From Oscillospiraceae bacterium (GTDB lineage Bacteria > Bacillota > Clostridia > Oscillospirales > CAG-272): a stretch of 64,000 nt of DNA. Where the stretch lies: assembly GCA_015064965.1 (NCBI GenBank), contig SVRG01000002.1:7983-71982 (forward strand). Direction: 5' to 3'. The notes below the pieces were generated by a model that was not told the origin of the DNA, did no database searches, and was given only the letters and a program-made list of their open reading frames with translations. The translations under genes were made by a program, and so were the position numbers. Below are positions 63,005-64,000 of this stretch, one piece after another. Numbering within the stretch: position 1 is the stretch's first letter; each line of letters begins with the position of its first letter.

Positions 63005-64000
63005 TTATCTGATAGCAAGCTTCAAAACAATCAAAACGTCGATAATCGTCTTAGTAGTTCCGCCGTTGAGGAGGTCCTTAAGAAGAGTAATCGCGTCAAC
63101 AACGTCGATTGCACCGTCGCCTGTGATATCTGCAACGTAGCTAAAGCTTGTTGCATTACTTACATCACCGATACAAGCACCGTTTACATAAGCCGCAATG
63201 GAGTAAGCAACGCTTTCGCCAAAGGTGTATGCAGTGTCAACAAAAGATGTGGTTGTGGTGTAACCTGCAACTTCGCCATCTCTGTAAATTACATACTGAG
63301 GAGCATATTCAACTTCCTTAAAGGTGAGAGCCGCACCCAACTCTGTGGGTTTAACAGAGGGAGCAGAAGCCTTTGCTGGACGCATCTTTGCGTCACCGTC
63401 CCAAACTCTGGTAGCATTGGGAGCAGAAGTTGCAATTGCAGAAGTGCTCTTTACACTCTTTTCGGTTGCAATGGACCATGTGCCGCTGTATACAGCGAGT
63501 GTGTACGCCTTATCGGACGTAACATCTGCATTCTTTGAATAATTAAAGTTAGCATATACACCGCTTGTACTGGTGGACCACCAGTGACCGCCTACAAGTA
63601 CGGGGAACGTCTTTCTGGTCGGCTGAGAAATACAGCTTACACCGTCTCCCATTACAACATTGTTAAAGTTACACTCGATAACAGAAATGTTTGAGAGAGT
63701 TGCGGGCCAGAAAGTGATATTTTCAAAGTAAACGTCAGAGTTGATACTTACAAACTTAAAGGAGAAAGGAGTAGCTTCCATCTCACCCTTGATCATAACG
63801 GGACCGTTTACTGCAGGCATATCAAAGTAGTCTGTAGAGGTTTCGCCGTTTGCATTATAAAGCTGAGTGAGAATGATTGTACCACCGTTTTCAAGCTTTG
63901 CACAAGCCGCGGTGATGGTCTTGAGAGGAGCAGCCTTAGTACCTGCCGCGCTGTCATTACCGTCTCTGTTGGAAACGTAAACGGTGGGAAGATTTACAAG
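63005..64000 (-). CDS. secreted right-handed beta-helix (pectin-lyase-fold-like) protein with C-terminal dockerin-like module, N-terminus outside window
   Basis: The frame stays open beyond the track ATG (63820) to the window end (…VYVSNRDGNDSAAGTKAAPLKTITAACAKLENGGTIIL…), typical of beta-helix N-termini. The C-terminus DITGDGAIDVVDAITLLKDLL is a dockerin-type Ca-binding loop plus helix. Confidence 0.6.
   Translation of the reverse strand, partial: LVNLPTVYVSNRDGNDSAAGTKAAPLKTITAACAKLENGGTIILTQLYNANGETSTDYFDMPAVNGPVMIKGEMEATPFSFKFVSINSDVYFENITFWPATLSNISVIECNFNNVVMGDGVSCISQPTRKTFPVLVGGHWWSTSTSGVYANFNYSKNADVTSDKAYTLAVYSGTWSIATEKSVKSTSAIATSAPNATRVWDGDAKMRPAKASAPSVKPTELGAALTFKEVEYAPQYVIYRDGEVAGYTTTTSFVDTAYTFGESVAYSIAAYVNGACIGDVSNATSFSYVADITGDGAIDVVDAITLLKDLLNGGTTKTIIDVLIVLKLAIR

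Noticed and set aside
1-64000. Scan of intergenic gaps for tRNA, rRNA, tmRNA and CRISPR arrays
   Set aside because: All gaps longer than 150 nt (20863-21361, 34883-35036, 35667-35859, 38061-38249, 40229-40429) are AT-rich promoter or terminator regions. None has cloverleaf-like GC-rich stems or regularly spaced repeats. This was done by eye only and should be confirmed with tRNAscan-SE, Infernal and a CRISPR finder.

Overview
Chromosomal window from a Gram-positive anaerobe. The gene content fits Clostridia, probably Oscillospiraceae/Ruminococcus-like: hydEFG maturases, a dockerin-tailed beta-helix protein, a short NH3-type nadE and a HisZ-type his operon. The taxon is inference only. I call about 60 tightly packed CDS. 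I recognised no rRNA, tRNA, CRISPR array, transposase or integrase. Most of the window is housekeeping. Blocks in order:
- LCP protein (partial).
- Two RumA-type RNA methyltransferases.
- efp followed by an extremely Asp/Cys-rich zinc-ribbon protein.
- rbsK.
- A 12-kb seven-gene ABC-type locus (8442-20673, minus): a giant solute-binding protein, two permease pairs, an NHL-TPR-Yip1 membrane protein and a 1030-aa secreted protein, with no ATPase.
- nifS-nifU.
- glcK and an aldose epimerase.
- blaI-blaR1-like pair with two textbook TACA/TGTA operators.
- TM1266-like regulator plus hydE-hydG-hydF, behind a consensus promoter and a leader terminator.
- Aminotransferase.
- TetR/CDF pair.
- SGNH hydrolase.
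- A cluster of adenylating/amidoligase genes (35860-40228): a GATase-less guaA-like gene translationally coupled to a CofE-like gene, nadE, and a PP-loop-degenerate guaA paralog.
- yerC(hisR-like)-hisZGDCBHAF(IE)K operon.
- dapA, queA, ruvX.
- htrA plus a two-component system.
- A visibly AT-richer module: ricin-CHAP secreted protein, Cu-amine-oxidase-N-domain protein and an XRE regulator.
- hisS coupled to an ABC exporter.
- DUF1846 protein.
- Dockerin protein (partial).
The best candidates for undescribed biology are the seven-gene ABC-type locus, the guaA-like/CofE-like/nadE/pseudo-guaA cluster and the attenuator-like leader of the hydrogenase maturation operon. All functional calls come from reading the translated ORFs and motifs by eye. 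No database search was run.
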